64,000 bases of DNA from an uncultured Actinomycetota bacterium (GCA_963770565.1 CAVYQE010000002.1:64001-128000), one strand, 5' to 3'; positions 1 through 10,592 are shown, counted from the stretch's first letter. Notes: generated from the letters alone by a model not told the origin. A program made the numbers and translations.

Positions 1-1742
1 CGGCTTCACCGTGCTGCCGATCCTGATCCACGGCGACGCCGCGTTCGCCGGCCAGGGCGTGGTCGCCGAGACCCTGAACCTCTCGCAGCTGCGCGGCTAC
101 CGCACCGGCGGCACGGTCCACGTCGTGATCAACAACCAGGTCGGCTTCACCACCTCGCCGGCCAGCGCGCGTTCGAGCGTCTACTCGACCGATGTCGCGC
201 GGATGATCCAGGCCCCGATCTTCCACGTCAACGGCGATGACCCGGAGGCCGTCGTACGGGTCGCGGAGCTGGCGTACGACTTCCGGCAGGCGTTCAAGAA
301 GGACGTCGTCATCGACATGCTCTGCTACCGCCGGCGCGGGCACAGCGAGGTCGACGAGCCGAGCTTCACCCAGCCGCTGATGTACGACCTGATCGACGCC
401 AAGCGCAGCGTCCGCAAGCTCTACACCGAGTCGCTGATCGGGCGCGGCGACATCAGCGTCGAGGAGGCCGAGGCCGCGCTGCGCGACTACCAAGGCCAGC
501 TCGAGCGAGTGTTCTCCGACAGCCGCGACACCAGCGGCACGCCGCTTGACGCGCCGATCCCGCAACCGGCGGAGACCGACCCGGAGACCGCGATCACCCC
601 CGAGACCCTGAAGCTGATCGGCGACAGCCAAGTCTCGCTGCCGGCCGGCTTCACCATCCACCCGCGGTTGCTGCCGCAGCTGGAGAAGCGGGCCGCGATG
701 GTCAGCGAGGGCGGGATCGACTGGGCCATGGGCGAGCTGATCGCATTCGGCTCGCTGCTGCTCGACGGCCACCCGGTGCGCCTAGCCGGACAGGACTCCC
801 GGCGCGGCACGTTCGGCCAGCGGCACTCGGTGCTCGTCGACCGCCGCACGGCGGAGGAATACACCCCGCTCGCGCACCTGTCGGACGACCAGGCCACGTT
901 CTACGTCTACGACTCGCTGCTCTCGGAGTACGCCGCGATGGGCTTCGAGTACGGCTACTCGGTGGCGCGGCCGGAGATGTTGGTCGCGTGGGAGGCCCAG
1001 TTCGGCGACTTCGCCAACGGCGCGCAGGAAGTGATCGACGAGTTCATGTCGGCGAGCGAGGCGAAGTGGGGTCAGCGCTGCGGCTTGACCCTGTTGCTGC
1101 CGCACGGCTACGAGGGTCAAGGGCCCGACCACTCCTCGGCGCGGATCGAGCGCTACCTGTCGATGTCGGCCGAGGACAACAGGACGATCGCGATCCCGAG
1201 CACGCCGGCCAACTACTTCCACCTGCTGCGCCGCCAGACGCTCGTCCGGCCGGCACAAGCCGCTCGTCGTCTTCACCCCGAAGTCGATGCTGCGGCTTCG
1301 AGCGGCGAGCTCGATGCCGGCCGATTTCACCAGCGGCCGCTGGCAGCCGGTCGTCCCGGACCCGAGCACACCGGACCCGGCCGCGATCACGAAGGTGATC
1401 CTGTGCAGCGGCAAGGTCTACTACGACCTGGTCAAGCACCGCGAGGCGACCGGTGCCACCAATGTCGCGATCGTGCGGGTCGAGCAGATCTACCCGCTGC
1501 CGATCGACCAGATCAACGCGGCCGTCGCGGCGTACCCCGGGATGACCGAGCTGGTCTGGGTGCAGGAGGAGCCGGCCAATCAGGGCACCTGGCCGTACGT
1601 CGCGCTCAACCTGCCGGAGCACCTTCCGCTCGGCACCTTCCTGCGCCGGGTGTCACGGCCGGCGTCGGCCTCTCCCGCCACCGGGTCGCACAGCCAGCAC
1701 GAGCTCGAGCAGGAAGCGCTGCTCGCCGAAGCGCTCGGCTGA
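1..1742 (+). CDS. kgd: Multifunctional 2-oxoglutarate decarboxylase/dehydrogenase E1 (3' part; 5'-truncated by window; one +1 frameshift near 1244)
   Basis: TPP motif [10 protein letters not shown]...[21 protein letters not shown] and [18 protein letters not shown] in the ORF from 11. The C-terminus ([14 protein letters not shown]...[10 protein letters not shown]...SPATGS) continues in frame 1287..1742 after an extra G near 1244. Confidence 0.93.
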
Positions 1743-1765
1743 CCGGAACCGATCGAAGCCAACCG

Positions 1766-1942
1766 ATGTATTTCACCGACCGCGGGATCGAAGAGCTCGA
1801 GCAGCGGCGGGGCGAGGAGACCGTCACGGTGAGCTGGCTGGCCGGGCGGTTGCAAGCCTTCGTCGACCTCAACCCCGAGTTCGAGGTGCCGGTCGAGCGG
1901 CTGGCGACCTGGCTGGCCCGCGCCGACGACGAGGACGACTGA
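1766..1942 (+). CDS. DUF6104-family small protein (58 aa)
   Basis: [18 protein letters not shown]...[21 protein letters not shown]. Recognised as the small protein that typically follows kgd in actinobacteria; ATG at 1766. Confidence 0.8.
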   Translation: MYFTDRGIEELEQRRGEETVTVSWLAGRLQAFVDLNPEFEVPVERLATWLARADDEDD

Positions 1943-1959
1943 CCCGTCCCGAGCCTGTC

Positions 1960-2044
1960 CCAAGCAATGTCACATTGCCCCGCGCTTCGCGGGGGCAATG
2001 TGACAACACCCCACCAAACCCGGGGGGAATGTGACATTGCTTGG
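1960..2044. repeat. Palindromic intergenic repeat, family A copy 1 (REP/MITE-like)
   Basis: Terminal IR CCAAGCAATGTCACATT...AATGTGACATTGCTTGG with three AATGT(C/G)ACA cores about 31 bp apart. Lies between convergent genes; a related copy is at 22131-22217. Confidence 0.85.
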
Positions 2045-3013
2045 TCAGGGCAGGAGGACGATCTTGCCGAAGACATCACCGGCCACCAGCCGCTCGAAGG
2101 CGGCCCGGGCATCGGCGAGCGGCACCGTCGAGTCGATCGTCGGCCGCACCCCGCTCGCCACCATGAAGGCGAGCAGTCGTTGGAGCTCGGTGCGGGTGCC
2201 CATCGTCGACCCGAGCAGCTCGAGCTGAAGGAAGAACAGCCGCTGCAACTCCAGCGTCGGCAGCGGCCCGCTGGTCGATCCGCTGACGATCACCCGGCCA
2301 CCCGGTCGGACCGCCTTCAGCGAGTGACCGAAGGTGACCTCGCCCACGGTTTCGATGACCGCGTCGACCCGGTCGGGCAGTCGCGCGCCGGTCTCGAACG
2401 CCTGATCCGCGCCGAGGGACAGCGCCTTCGCCCGCTTCTCCTCCGAGCGCGACGTCACCCACATCCGGAGCCCGGCCGCGCGGCCGAGCGCAACCGCCGC
2501 CGTCGCGACACCGCCGCCGGCGCCCTGCACGAGCACGGTCTGCCCGGGCTGCGCCGCTGCTTTGGTGAACAGCATCCGGTACGCCGTGAGCCATGCGGTC
2601 GAGACCGACCCGGCCTCGGCCCACGACAGCTCGGCCGGCTTAGGAACGACATTGCGGGCCGGCACGAGCACCCGCTCGGCCAGCGTGCCCGGATAGACCT
2701 CCGAGAGCAGCGAGCGCTTCGGGTCGAGCGTCTCGTCCCCCCGCCCGCGGTCGCCATCGCCGATCACGGCGTGGACGACGACCTCGGTACCGTCTTCGGT
2801 CACGCCGGCGGCGTCGCACCCGAGAACCATCGGCAGCTTGTCCTCCGCCAGCCCGATCCCGCGCAACGAGAAGATGTCGTGGTGGTTCAGTGCCGCGGCG
2901 CGAACCTCGACGCTGATCCACCCAGCGCGAGGTGCCGGGTCATCGACCTCGCCGACGTCAAGCGCTGAGATCGGGTCGTCGGCGGAGAGCCGGGCAGCAT
3001 AGGCGGCAAGCAC
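2045..3013 (-). CDS. MDR-family (zinc-type alcohol dehydrogenase-like) NAD(P)H quinone oxidoreductase
   Basis: AALNHHD, LGCDAAG, VLVQGAGGGVA Rossmann motif, C-terminal GKIVL; TAGGGT -10 six nt before GTG. Confidence 0.88.
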   Translation of the reverse strand: MLAAYAARLSADDPISALDVGEVDDPAPRAGWISVEVRAAALNHHDIFSLRGIGLAEDKLPMVLGCDAAGVTEDGTEVVVHAVIGDGDRGRGDETLDPKRSLLSEVYPGTLAERVLVPARNVVPKPAELSWAEAGSVSTAWLTAYRMLFTKAAAQPGQTVLVQGAGGGVATAAVALGRAAGLRMWVTSRSEEKRAKALSLGADQAFETGARLPDRVDAVIETVGEVTFGHSLKAVRPGGRVIVSGSTSGPLPTLELQRLFFLQLELLGSTMGTRTELQRLLAFMVASGVRPTIDSTVPLADARAAFERLVAGDVFGKIVLLP

Positions 3014-3084
3014 ATCGCGACCCTACCGAGGCGAGGTACCGCGGTTGATCGTCACCCACGCGAGCGGTGGCGGAGACTGGTCGG

Positions 3085-3456
3085 ATGACCGACGTTGCAA
3101 CCGCCTTCTGTACCGGGATCGAGTCCGGCGACATGGACTCCGTCGTCGCACTGCTCCGCGATGATGTCGTGTTCCACAGCCCGATCGTCTACGCCGACTA
3201 CCACGGCCGGGACGCCGTCGCCCCGATCCTGCACGCGGTGGCAACGGTCTTCGCGGACTTCCGTTACACCGCCGAGTTCAGCGCCGCCGACGGGCACGCG
3301 CTGGTGTTCGAGGCCCGGGTGGGCGAGCGGAGCCTGCAGGGCATCGACATCCTTCGGATCGAGGACGGCGCAATCGCGGAGTTCACCGTGATGGTCCGGC
3401 CCTACTCGGCCGCGACCGCGTTGCGCGAGCGGATGGCGGCGCTACTGGCCGGCTGA
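3085..3456 (+). CDS. SnoaL/NTF2-like protein
   Basis: ALLRDDVVFHSP...GIDILRIEDGAIAEFTVMVRP pattern. Confidence 0.8.
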   Translation: MTDVATAFCTGIESGDMDSVVALLRDDVVFHSPIVYADYHGRDAVAPILHAVATVFADFRYTAEFSAADGHALVFEARVGERSLQGIDILRIEDGAIAEFTVMVRPYSAATALRERMAALLAG

Positions 3457-3465
3457 ACGCGCCGG

Positions 3466-4650
3466 TCAGCGGCGGGCGACGCCGTCTTCCCGCGCGGCTT
3501 GCGCGACCGCGGCCGCCACCGCCGGACCGACCCGTGGGTCGAAGACGCTCGGGATCACGTACTCCTCCGAAACGTCCTCACCCACCACGTCGCACAGTGC
3601 CCTCGCAGCGGCAAGCTGCATGTGGTCGGTGATCGCTGTCGCCCTGACGTCGAGCGCACCGCGAAACACCCCGGGGAAGGCGAGCACGTTGTTGATCTGG
3701 TTGGGGAAGTCGCTCCGGCCGGTCGCAACGACCCGGGCATGGCGGCGGGCCACATCCGGGTGGATCTCGGGATCGGGGTTGGCCATCGCGAAGATGATCG
3801 AGTCCGGCGCCATCTTGGCCACGTCGGCCTCGTCGACATGCCCGGCGGACAGCCCGATGTAGACGTCGGCGCCGACCATCGCATCGGTGATGGAGCCGGT
3901 GTAGCCGGCCTTGTTGGTGATCGCTGCGATCGCGGCCTTCGCCGGCGTCAGGTCGGCGCGACCGGGATGCACGATCCCCTTGCTGTCACCGACCGCGATG
4001 TCGCCGATCCCGGCACCGATCAGGATCTTGGTGACCGCGATGCCGGCCGCACCTGCGCCGGAGACGACCGCCCGCAGATCGCCCAGCGAGCGCCCGGTCA
4101 GCCGGGCCGCGTTGAGCATCGCGGCCAGCGCGACGATCGCCGTACCGTGCTGGTCGTCGTGGAAGACCGGGATGTCGAGGGCCGCCTTGAGCCGGTCCTC
4201 GACCTCGAAGCACCGCGGCGCACTGATGTCCTCGAGGTTGATCCCGCCGAAGCTCGGCGCCAGCCGGATGACCGTCTCCACCAGCTCATCGACCTCGTGG
4301 CAGGCAAGCGCGATCGGTACGGCGTCGACCCCGCCGAACTGCTTGAACAGCAGCGCCTTGCCCTCCATCACCGGAAGCGACGCCTCAGGCCCGATGTCCC
4401 CCAGTCCGAGCACCGCGGTGCCGTCGGTCACGATCGCGACCACCGAGGACTTCCAGGTGTAGTCGTCGACCAGCGCCGGTTCCGCGGCGATCGCTAGGCA
4501 GACGTCGGCAACCCCCGGGGTATAGGCGAGCGAGAGGTCCTCGCGGTCGCGCACGGCGATCTTCGAGGCGATCTCGATCTTGCCGCCCCGATGCAGTGCA
4601 AAGACCGGGGAATCATCGCGCGAGGTCATGGGCACAGTCTCCAGGGTCAT
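3466..4650 (-). CDS. NAD(P)-dependent malic enzyme (short form)
   Basis: SLAYTPGVA, VMEGKALLFK, INLEDISAPRCF, VFHDDQHGTA, GAGAAG, TGRSDFPNQINNVLAFPG. Confidence 0.95.
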   Translation of the reverse strand: MTLETVPMTSRDDSPVFALHRGGKIEIASKIAVRDREDLSLAYTPGVADVCLAIAAEPALVDDYTWKSSVVAIVTDGTAVLGLGDIGPEASLPVMEGKALLFKQFGGVDAVPIALACHEVDELVETVIRLAPSFGGINLEDISAPRCFEVEDRLKAALDIPVFHDDQHGTAIVALAAMLNAARLTGRSLGDLRAVVSGAGAAGIAVTKILIGAGIGDIAVGDSKGIVHPGRADLTPAKAAIAAITNKAGYTGSITDAMVGADVYIGLSAGHVDEADVAKMAPDSIIFAMANPDPEIHPDVARRHARVVATGRSDFPNQINNVLAFPGVFRGALDVRATAITDHMQLAAARALCDVVGEDVSEEYVIPSVFDPRVGPAVAAAVAQAAREDGVARR

Positions 4651-4884
4651 TCAAGGTCCTCACGATGCCATGAGTCGACAAGTCCGCAGCCGATGTCCGC
4701 ACGAGGGCAAGATGCGAAGAAGGTGCCGATCAGGCGCCCGCGGCAGGTGCCGCACATCGGCTTGCTAAGCGGGGATCACCCGATACGTTGCAATCTTGTC
4801 ATACGCCAGATCACCCGCGGTGCCTCGCTCAGGGTGCACAATGCCCACCAGCGCACACACAGTGCCCATCCACTAGGAGTTCAG

Positions 4885-5829
4885 ATGCCCTCGGTCCTGC
4901 CCCGCCCGCTCGTCGCCGCCGGCGCGCTTGCCCTCACGATCGGAGTAGCCGCCGGCTGTAGCAGCAACTCCTCCGGCGGCGGCACCCAGACGATCAGCCC
5001 GGGTGCAAGCACAACAGCCAGCTCGCCCGCGGCCGGTCCGGCCGGCTCGGACCCGGCGGCGGTTGCCCTGGTGCCCGCGTCGATCAAGTCGAAGGGATCG
5101 CTGACGGTTGCCGCCGACGCCTCCTACGCGCCCAACGAGTTCCTGGCCTCCAACGGCACCACCGTCGTCGGGATGGACGCCGATCTCGCCAAGGCGATCG
5201 GCAAGAAGCTCGGACTCTCGGTCAACGTGAAGAACATCACCTTCGACTCGATCATCCCCGGCCTCGTCGACGGCCGGTTCGACCTCGGCATGTCGTCGTT
5301 CACCGACACCAAGGCTCGGCAGAAGCAGGTCAACTTCGTCACGTACTTCAGTGCCGGTACGTCGTTCTACACCAAGGCAACCGGCGGCCCGGCCATCACC
5401 GGACTGTCGTCGTTGTGCGGCCTGTCGGTCGCGGTCGAGAGCGGCACCACGCAAGAGGCCGACGACAAGGCGCAGAGCACGAAGTGCACCAACGCCGGCA
5501 AGAAGGCCGTGAACGTCTTGTCGTTCAGCACCCAGAGTGCCGCAAACGTCGCGCTCAACGCGGGCCGGGCCCAGGTCGGCATGGCCGACTCACCGGTCGC
5601 GGCCTACCAGGTCAAGACGTCGAACGGTGCCTTCAAGCTGGCCGGCACGCCTTACGGCACCGCGCCGTACGGCATTGCGATCCCGAAGGCCGCCGGCACG
5701 ATGGACCAGGCCGTCCTCGCCGCCGTGAAGGACCTCATTTCGGACGGTACATACGCCACGATCATGACCCACTGGGGGATTCAGGCCGGAGACATCACCA
5801 ATCCGGTCATCAACGGAGCGATCAGCTAG
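4885..5829 (+). CDS. Polar amino-acid ABC transporter substrate-binding lipoprotein
   Basis: AGGAG RBS, lipobox VAAGC, family-3 SBP motifs (YAPNEF, FDSIIPGL, SSFTDTKARQ, PYGIA). Confidence 0.9.
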   Translation: MPSVLPRPLVAAGALALTIGVAAGCSSNSSGGGTQTISPGASTTASSPAAGPAGSDPAAVALVPASIKSKGSLTVAADASYAPNEFLASNGTTVVGMDADLAKAIGKKLGLSVNVKNITFDSIIPGLVDGRFDLGMSSFTDTKARQKQVNFVTYFSAGTSFYTKATGGPAITGLSSLCGLSVAVESGTTQEADDKAQSTKCTNAGKKAVNVLSFSTQSAANVALNAGRAQVGMADSPVAAYQVKTSNGAFKLAGTPYGTAPYGIAIPKAAGTMDQAVLAAVKDLISDGTYATIMTHWGIQAGDITNPVINGAIS

Positions 5830-5838
5830 GCCCGGTCA

Positions 5839-6801
5839 GTGAGCATCTCTTCGGAGCCGACCGGTACGGCGGAGATCACCGCCGTACCGGTGCGGCATCC
5901 TGGCCGGTGGGTCGGCGCCGTCGTGATCCTGGTGCTGCTCGCCATGCTGATCGACTCGTTCTTCACCAACCCGCAGTACAAGTGGGGTCAGCAGTGGAAG
6001 TACATCTTCACTTCGTCGATCCTGCATGGCATCGGGGTCACCCTCGAACTCACCGTGTCGGCGATGGCGATCGGCATCGCCGGTGGCATCCTGCTCGCGG
6101 TTATGCGGCTGTCGCCGAACCCGCTGATCTCAACCGTCAGCTGGTTCTACATCTGGCTGTTTCGCGGCACGCCGGTGCTCGTGCAGATCGTGATGTGGTT
6201 CAACCTCGCCTATCTGTTCCCGCGCCTCTCGCTCGGCGTTCCCTTCGGGCCCACGTTCGCCACCGCTGACACCAACAAGCTGATCTCTGCCCTGACCGCT
6301 GGGATCCTCGCGCTAGGTCTCAACGAGGCTGCGTACATGGCCGAGATCGTCCGGGCCGGCATCTTGTCGGTCGACGAGGGGCAGTCCGAGGCTGCGGGCG
6401 CCCTGGGCATGTCGCGCACCCTCGTGATGCGCCGCATCGTGCTGCCGCAGGCAATGCGGGTGATCGTGCCGCCGACCGGCAACGAGACGATCTCGATGCT
6501 CAAGACCACGTCGCTGGTGGCATTCATCGCCGTCCCCGAGCTCTTCCAGCAGGGTCAGAACATCATCAACCGGACCTTCATCACGTTGCCGTTGCTCATC
6601 ATGGTGAGCATCTGGTATCTCGCTATGACCTCGGTGCTCACGATCGGACAGTTCTACATCGAGCGCCACTTCGGTCGCGGATCCTCGCGCAGTGGCCCCA
6701 GCGCGACCCTGCCGAGGCGGATATGGGACGCGATCCGATTCACCCGCCCCGCGACCGGGTTCGACGTTCCGGTGATCCTGCCCGGCAGGCGGGGCCAGTG
6801 A
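5839..6801 (+). CDS. Amino-acid ABC transporter permease
   Basis: [35 protein letters not shown] (EAA motif), KTTSL. Confidence 0.93.
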   Translation: MSISSEPTGTAEITAVPVRHPGRWVGAVVILVLLAMLIDSFFTNPQYKWGQQWKYIFTSSILHGIGVTLELTVSAMAIGIAGGILLAVMRLSPNPLISTVSWFYIWLFRGTPVLVQIVMWFNLAYLFPRLSLGVPFGPTFATADTNKLISALTAGILALGLNEAAYMAEIVRAGILSVDEGQSEAAGALGMSRTLVMRRIVLPQAMRVIVPPTGNETISMLKTTSLVAFIAVPELFQQGQNIINRTFITLPLLIMVSIWYLAMTSVLTIGQFYIERHFGRGSSRSGPSATLPRRIWDAIRFTRPATGFDVPVILPGRRGQ

Positions 6802-7574
6802 CATCCGACGGCACGACCGCGATGGTGCGAGCGGAAGGGCTGCACAAGCGCTTCGGCCTCCAGCACGTCCTGAAGGGCATCGACCTCGAGGTGCAACGCG
6901 GCGAGGTGATGTGCGTCATCGGCCCGTCGGGGTCGGGCAAGTCGACGCTGTTGCGGTGCATCAACCACCTCGAGAAGATCAACGCCGGACGGTTGGAGGT
7001 CGACGGCGAGCTGGTCGGCTATCAGCAGCGCGGCGACAAGCTGTACGAGCTCAAAGAGCGCGAGGTTGCCCGGAAGCGGGCCGAGATCGGCATGGTGTTC
7101 CAGCACTTCAACCTCTTCCCCCATATGACCGCGCTCGGGAACATCGTCGAGGCACCGATCCGGGTCAAAGGCGTGTCGAAGGACGACGCCACCGAGAATG
7201 CCCGGCGGCTGCTGGCTCAGGTCGGGCTGGCCGGGCGGGAGGATGCGTATCCGCGGCAGCTCTCCGGCGGGCAGCAGCAGCGGGTCGCGATCGCCCGCGC
7301 GCTGGCGATGGATCCGAAGCTGATGCTGTTCGACGAGCCGACCAGCGCGCTCGACCCGGAGCTGGTCGGCGACGTGCTCGACGTCATGCGGGACTTGGCC
7401 CACACCGGGATGACGATGTTCGTCGTCACCCACGAGATGGGGTTCGCCCGCGAGGTCGGCGACAAGCTGGTCTTCATGGACGACGGCGTCGTGGTCGAGG
7501 CCGGTGCTCCGCGAGACGTCATCACCAACCCGCAGCACGAGCGGACCAAGAGCTTCCTGTCGAAGGTGCTCTAG
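6798..7574 (+). CDS. Amino-acid ABC transporter ATP-binding protein (GlnQ-like)
   Basis: [42 protein letters not shown]; GTGA overlap with the permease stop. Confidence 0.95.
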   Translation: MTSDGTTAMVRAEGLHKRFGLQHVLKGIDLEVQRGEVMCVIGPSGSGKSTLLRCINHLEKINAGRLEVDGELVGYQQRGDKLYELKEREVARKRAEIGMVFQHFNLFPHMTALGNIVEAPIRVKGVSKDDATENARRLLAQVGLAGREDAYPRQLSGGQQQRVAIARALAMDPKLMLFDEPTSALDPELVGDVLDVMRDLAHTGMTMFVVTHEMGFAREVGDKLVFMDDGVVVEAGAPRDVITNPQHERTKSFLSKVL

Positions 7575-7590
7575 CGGCGCGTAGCACTCG

Positions 7591-7917
7591 CTAGCGCCTC
7601 CTCGGCACCCGCCCCGGCCTCGGCCCGACCCGCGCGAGCACCACGCCGCGAACCGCCGTCGCCGGCAGGCTGCCCAACGTCCGGCTGTCCGTGCTCCCGA
7701 ACTCGTTGTCGCCCTCGACCGTGATCCGGCCGTCCCGCTCGACCGACATCAGCCGCTTCACCGACAGCGGCCGGTCGGGCAGCTCGACCACCACCACCCG
7801 CCCGACCGACGGCGTACGACGAGGCCACCGCATCCAGACCACGAGCCGATCACCGTCGCGCAGGGCCGGGACCATCGACGGCCCGCGGACGAGCACGAGT
7901 CGCAAGGGCCAGCCCAT
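7591..7917 (-). CDS. sodX: Nickel-SOD maturation peptidase (S26 family)
   Basis: VRGPSMVP (Ser), SVKR (Lys), EGDN...STDSR; divergent from sodN. Confidence 0.9.
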   Translation of the reverse strand: MGWPLRLVLVRGPSMVPALRDGDRLVVWMRWPRRTPSVGRVVVVELPDRPLSVKRLMSVERDGRITVEGDNEFGSTDSRTLGSLPATAVRGVVLARVGPRPGRVPRRR

Positions 7918-7996
7918 GACGGCTCCCGATGTGTAGACGATCATCGACGCGGAATAGTGTCCTCAGAAGAGTTGAGTCAATTCTCGGGAGGACCTC

Positions 7997-8398
7997 ATGC
8001 CGCGTCGGACGCGTTCACCGCGCCTCGTCGTCTCTGCTCACTGCGACCTGCCCTGCGGTGTCTACGACCCTGCGCAGGCCCGGATCGAGGCGGAGTCGGT
8101 CAAGGCGATCATGGAGAAGTACCAGGGCAATGAGGACCCGGAGTTCCGGACCCGTGCCCTGCTGATCAAGGAGCAGCGCGCGGAGCTGGTGAAGCACCAC
8201 CTCTGGGTGCTCTGGACGGACTACTTCAAGCCCCCGCACTTCGAGAAGTACCCGCAGCTGCACCAGCTGTTCAACGACGCCACCAAGCAGGCGGGCGCGG
8301 CCGGCGCAAAGGGCAAGGTCGACCCGGCCGACGGCCAGAAGCTGCTCGACCAGATCGCCGAGATCGAGAAGATCTTCTGGGAGACCAAGCAGGCCTAG
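7997..8398 (+). CDS. sodN: Nickel superoxide dismutase precursor
   Basis: Ni-hook HCDLPCGVYDP after a short propeptide; VLWTDYFKPPH; GGAGG RBS. Confidence 0.97.
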   Translation: MPRRTRSPRLVVSAHCDLPCGVYDPAQARIEAESVKAIMEKYQGNEDPEFRTRALLIKEQRAELVKHHLWVLWTDYFKPPHFEKYPQLHQLFNDATKQAGAAGAKGKVDPADGQKLLDQIAEIEKIFWETKQA

Positions 8399-8841
8399 TG
8401 ATCCGGCCGGCGGTGGCGGGCGATGTGCCGGTCATCCACGCGCTGATCCACGAGCTCGCCGACTATGAACGTTCGGCGGAGCACGTGGTCGGCAGCGAAG
8501 CGGACCTGCTCGACGGCCTGTTCGGTGAGTCCCCGGCGGCCAGCTGCCACGTCGCAGAGCTCGACGGCGAGGTAGTGGGTTTTGCGCTGTGGTTTCGCAA
8601 CTTCTCGACCTGGCTGGCCAAGCCCGGCATCTATCTCGAGGACCTCTACGTCCGGCCGGCGGCGCGCGGCCACGGGCTCGGACGGGCGCTGCTGATGGAG
8701 CTGGTCGCGATCGCCCGGCACCACGGGTACGGCCGGGTCGAGTGGGCGGTGCTGGACTGGAACACCCCGGCGATCGGCTTCTACCAATCGCTCGGGGCCA
8801 CGCCCAACGACGAGTGGACGACCTGGCGGCTGACGATGTGA
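8398..8841 (+). CDS. GNAT N-acetyltransferase (SSAT-like)
   Basis: FSTWLAKPGIYLEDLYVRP.ARGHGLG, WAVLDWNTPAIGFY; start overlaps the sodN stop. Confidence 0.9.
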   Translation: MIRPAVAGDVPVIHALIHELADYERSAEHVVGSEADLLDGLFGESPAASCHVAELDGEVVGFALWFRNFSTWLAKPGIYLEDLYVRPAARGHGLGRALLMELVAIARHHGYGRVEWAVLDWNTPAIGFYQSLGATPNDEWTTWRLTM

Positions 8842-8963
8842 GCAACGCCACGGCGACATTCGTGAGTCGCGGGCGCTAAACGCCACCTGATCTGCGGGGA
8901 GATGAAAGAATTGGTCATTGAATGGCCCGAATCACCCCATCCGATACCATCCTGGGAGCAGGC

Positions 8964-9386
8964 ATGACGAATGCCTCTGGCGTCGCCGGCGTACCGGAAA
9001 CCGGGCCCAGCGACATCGTGGTCATCACCCTCCCGGCTGACAGCGCCTACCTGTCGGTGCTTCGCACCGCCACCGCCGGTCTCGCCGCCCGCCTGGACTT
9101 CACGATCGACGAGATCGAGGACCTCCGGATCGCGGTCGACGAGGCCTGCGCGATGCTGCTGCCACAGGCGGTGTCGGGAGCGGACATCACCTGCGAGTTC
9201 GAGCTCGAGGACGGCTCGATCCGGGTGAGCGTCAGCGTGCTGACCGACGACGGCGAGCAGCCCTCGCGCGACACCTTCGCCTGGACCGTCCTGTCCGCCC
9301 TCGCGGGCGACGTCGACAGCGCCGTCGACACCGACCGGCGGGTCACCATCTCGCTGCGCAAGCGCGGGAGCGGATCGACCCGGTGA
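8964..9386 (+). CDS. rsbW: Anti-sigma factor (RsbW/UsfX-like)
   Basis: LPADSAYLSVLRT, DEIEDLRIAVDEAC, FAWTVLSALA; coupled to the sigma gene. Confidence 0.85.
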   Translation: MTNASGVAGVPETGPSDIVVITLPADSAYLSVLRTATAGLAARLDFTIDEIEDLRIAVDEACAMLLPQAVSGADITCEFELEDGSIRVSVSVLTDDGEQPSRDTFAWTVLSALAGDVDSAVDTDRRVTISLRKRGSGSTR

Positions 9387-10213
9387 ACGACGACGCAACC
9401 GCGTCGTCACCGACGAACGGCGAGGTCCTGGCCGATCCTGGGCCCGACCGGCGAGTCGCGGACCGCGCGCATACCAGAGCGTTGTTCGTCGAGCTCGCCG
9501 TGCTGACCGAGGACGACCCCGAGCGCCGCCCGATCCGCGACGAGCTGGTCGAGCTGCACCTCCCGCTGGTCGAATACCTCGCCCGGCGGTTCCGCAACCG
9601 CGGCGAGCCGCTCGACGACCTCGTCCAGGTCGCCACGATCGGGCTGATCAAGTCGGTCGACCGGTTCGACCTCGGGCGCGGTGTGGAGTTCTCGACGTAT
9701 GCGACTCCGACCATCGTGGGGGAGATCAAGCGGCACTTCCGCGACAAGGGCTGGGCGATCCGGGTGCCGCGGCGGCTGCAAGAGCTCAAGCTCTCGCTCA
9801 ACAAGGCCACTGCCGAACTGTCCCAGCGCAACGGCCGGGCACCGACCGTGGCCGAGCTTGCTGTTCATCTCGAGCTCACCGAGGAAGACGTGCTGGAAGG
9901 CCTGGAATCGGCAAACGCCTACTCGGCGATCTCCCTCGACGCGCCGGACGTCGCCGACGAAGGGAGCACGGCGGTCTCCGACTCGCTCGGTGCCCTGGAC
10001 GAGGCGCTCGAAGGCGTGGTCTACCGCGAGTCGCTCAAGCCGCTGCTGGAGGCACTGCCCCCGCGCGAGAAGAACATCCTGATGCTGCGCTTCTTCGCCA
10101 ACATGACCCAGTCCCAGATCGCGTCCGACCTCGGGATCTCCCAGATGCACGTATCGCGACTGCTGGCCAAGACGCTCGCCCAGCTCCGCGAGGACCTGCT
10201 CGTCGACGAGTAG
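9383..10213 (+). CDS. sigF: SigB/SigF-family RNA polymerase sigma factor
   Basis: DDLVQVATIGLIKSVDRFD, YATPTIVGEIKRHFRD, TQSQIA..LGISQMHVSRLL. Confidence 0.93.
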   Translation: MNDDATASSPTNGEVLADPGPDRRVADRAHTRALFVELAVLTEDDPERRPIRDELVELHLPLVEYLARRFRNRGEPLDDLVQVATIGLIKSVDRFDLGRGVEFSTYATPTIVGEIKRHFRDKGWAIRVPRRLQELKLSLNKATAELSQRNGRAPTVAELAVHLELTEEDVLEGLESANAYSAISLDAPDVADEGSTAVSDSLGALDEALEGVVYRESLKPLLEALPPREKNILMLRFFANMTQSQIASDLGISQMHVSRLLAKTLAQLREDLLVDE

Positions 10214-10220
10214 CCGGCGC

Positions 10221-10592
10221 TCAGATACCGCCGAGCGCGGCCCGGCTTGACGGCATCGACGCGGCCACGAAGGTCGCGGCACCCACCGCGATCAACGGCA
10301 CCATCAAGGCGGTCAGGGTGTGGATCTGCCCGATCCCGATGACGACCGCGAAGAACGACACCAGGTACGTCGGCGTCTGCGCCCAGCGCCTGACCCGCCA
10401 GAGGCCACGCGCGGCCACCATCACCCCGGCGCCGTAGATCAACACGACGACGCCGAGCAGCACCGCCGTACCGCGGTCGTTCGGGTGGCCGAACACGGCC
10501 CGGACCAGCTCGCCTAGCCCCCACGCCGCCAGCGCGACCGCCTGCAGCGCCACCAGACCGGCGGCCACCTGCAGAGCTCGCGGACGTTCCAT
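10221..10592 (-). CDS. Small integral membrane protein (Rv3217c-like position)
   Basis: Four hydrophobic segments and a GLWRVRRWAQTP motif; syntenic with the DAG kinase/whiB1 block. Confidence 0.7.
   Translation of the reverse strand: MERPRALQVAAGLVALQAVALAAWGLGELVRAVFGHPNDRGTAVLLGVVVLIYGAGVMVAARGLWRVRRWAQTPTYLVSFFAVVIGIGQIHTLTALMVPLIAVGAATFVAASMPSSRAALGGI

Noticed and set aside
11-1942. 643-aa ORF suggesting a Kgd-DUF6104 fusion or programmed frameshift
   Set aside because: One extra G near 1244 shifts the frame. The true Kgd C-terminus is intact in the next frame, DUF6104 has its own ATG, and there is no slippery sequence.
1960-2044. Family A TGTGAC/GTCACA cores as CRP sites
   Set aside because: They lack TGTGA-N6-TCACA geometry and lie between convergent 3' ends, not in promoters.
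4775-4814. GlnR/MtrA-like boxes upstream of the amino-acid ABC operon
   Set aside because: The pentamers are degenerate and spaced 12/11/12 nt; too weak without a matrix scan.
7951-7973. GGAAT...GTT upstream of sodN as a SigR promoter
   Set aside because: The spacer is 15 nt, not 18; TAGTGT there is more plausibly a housekeeping -10.
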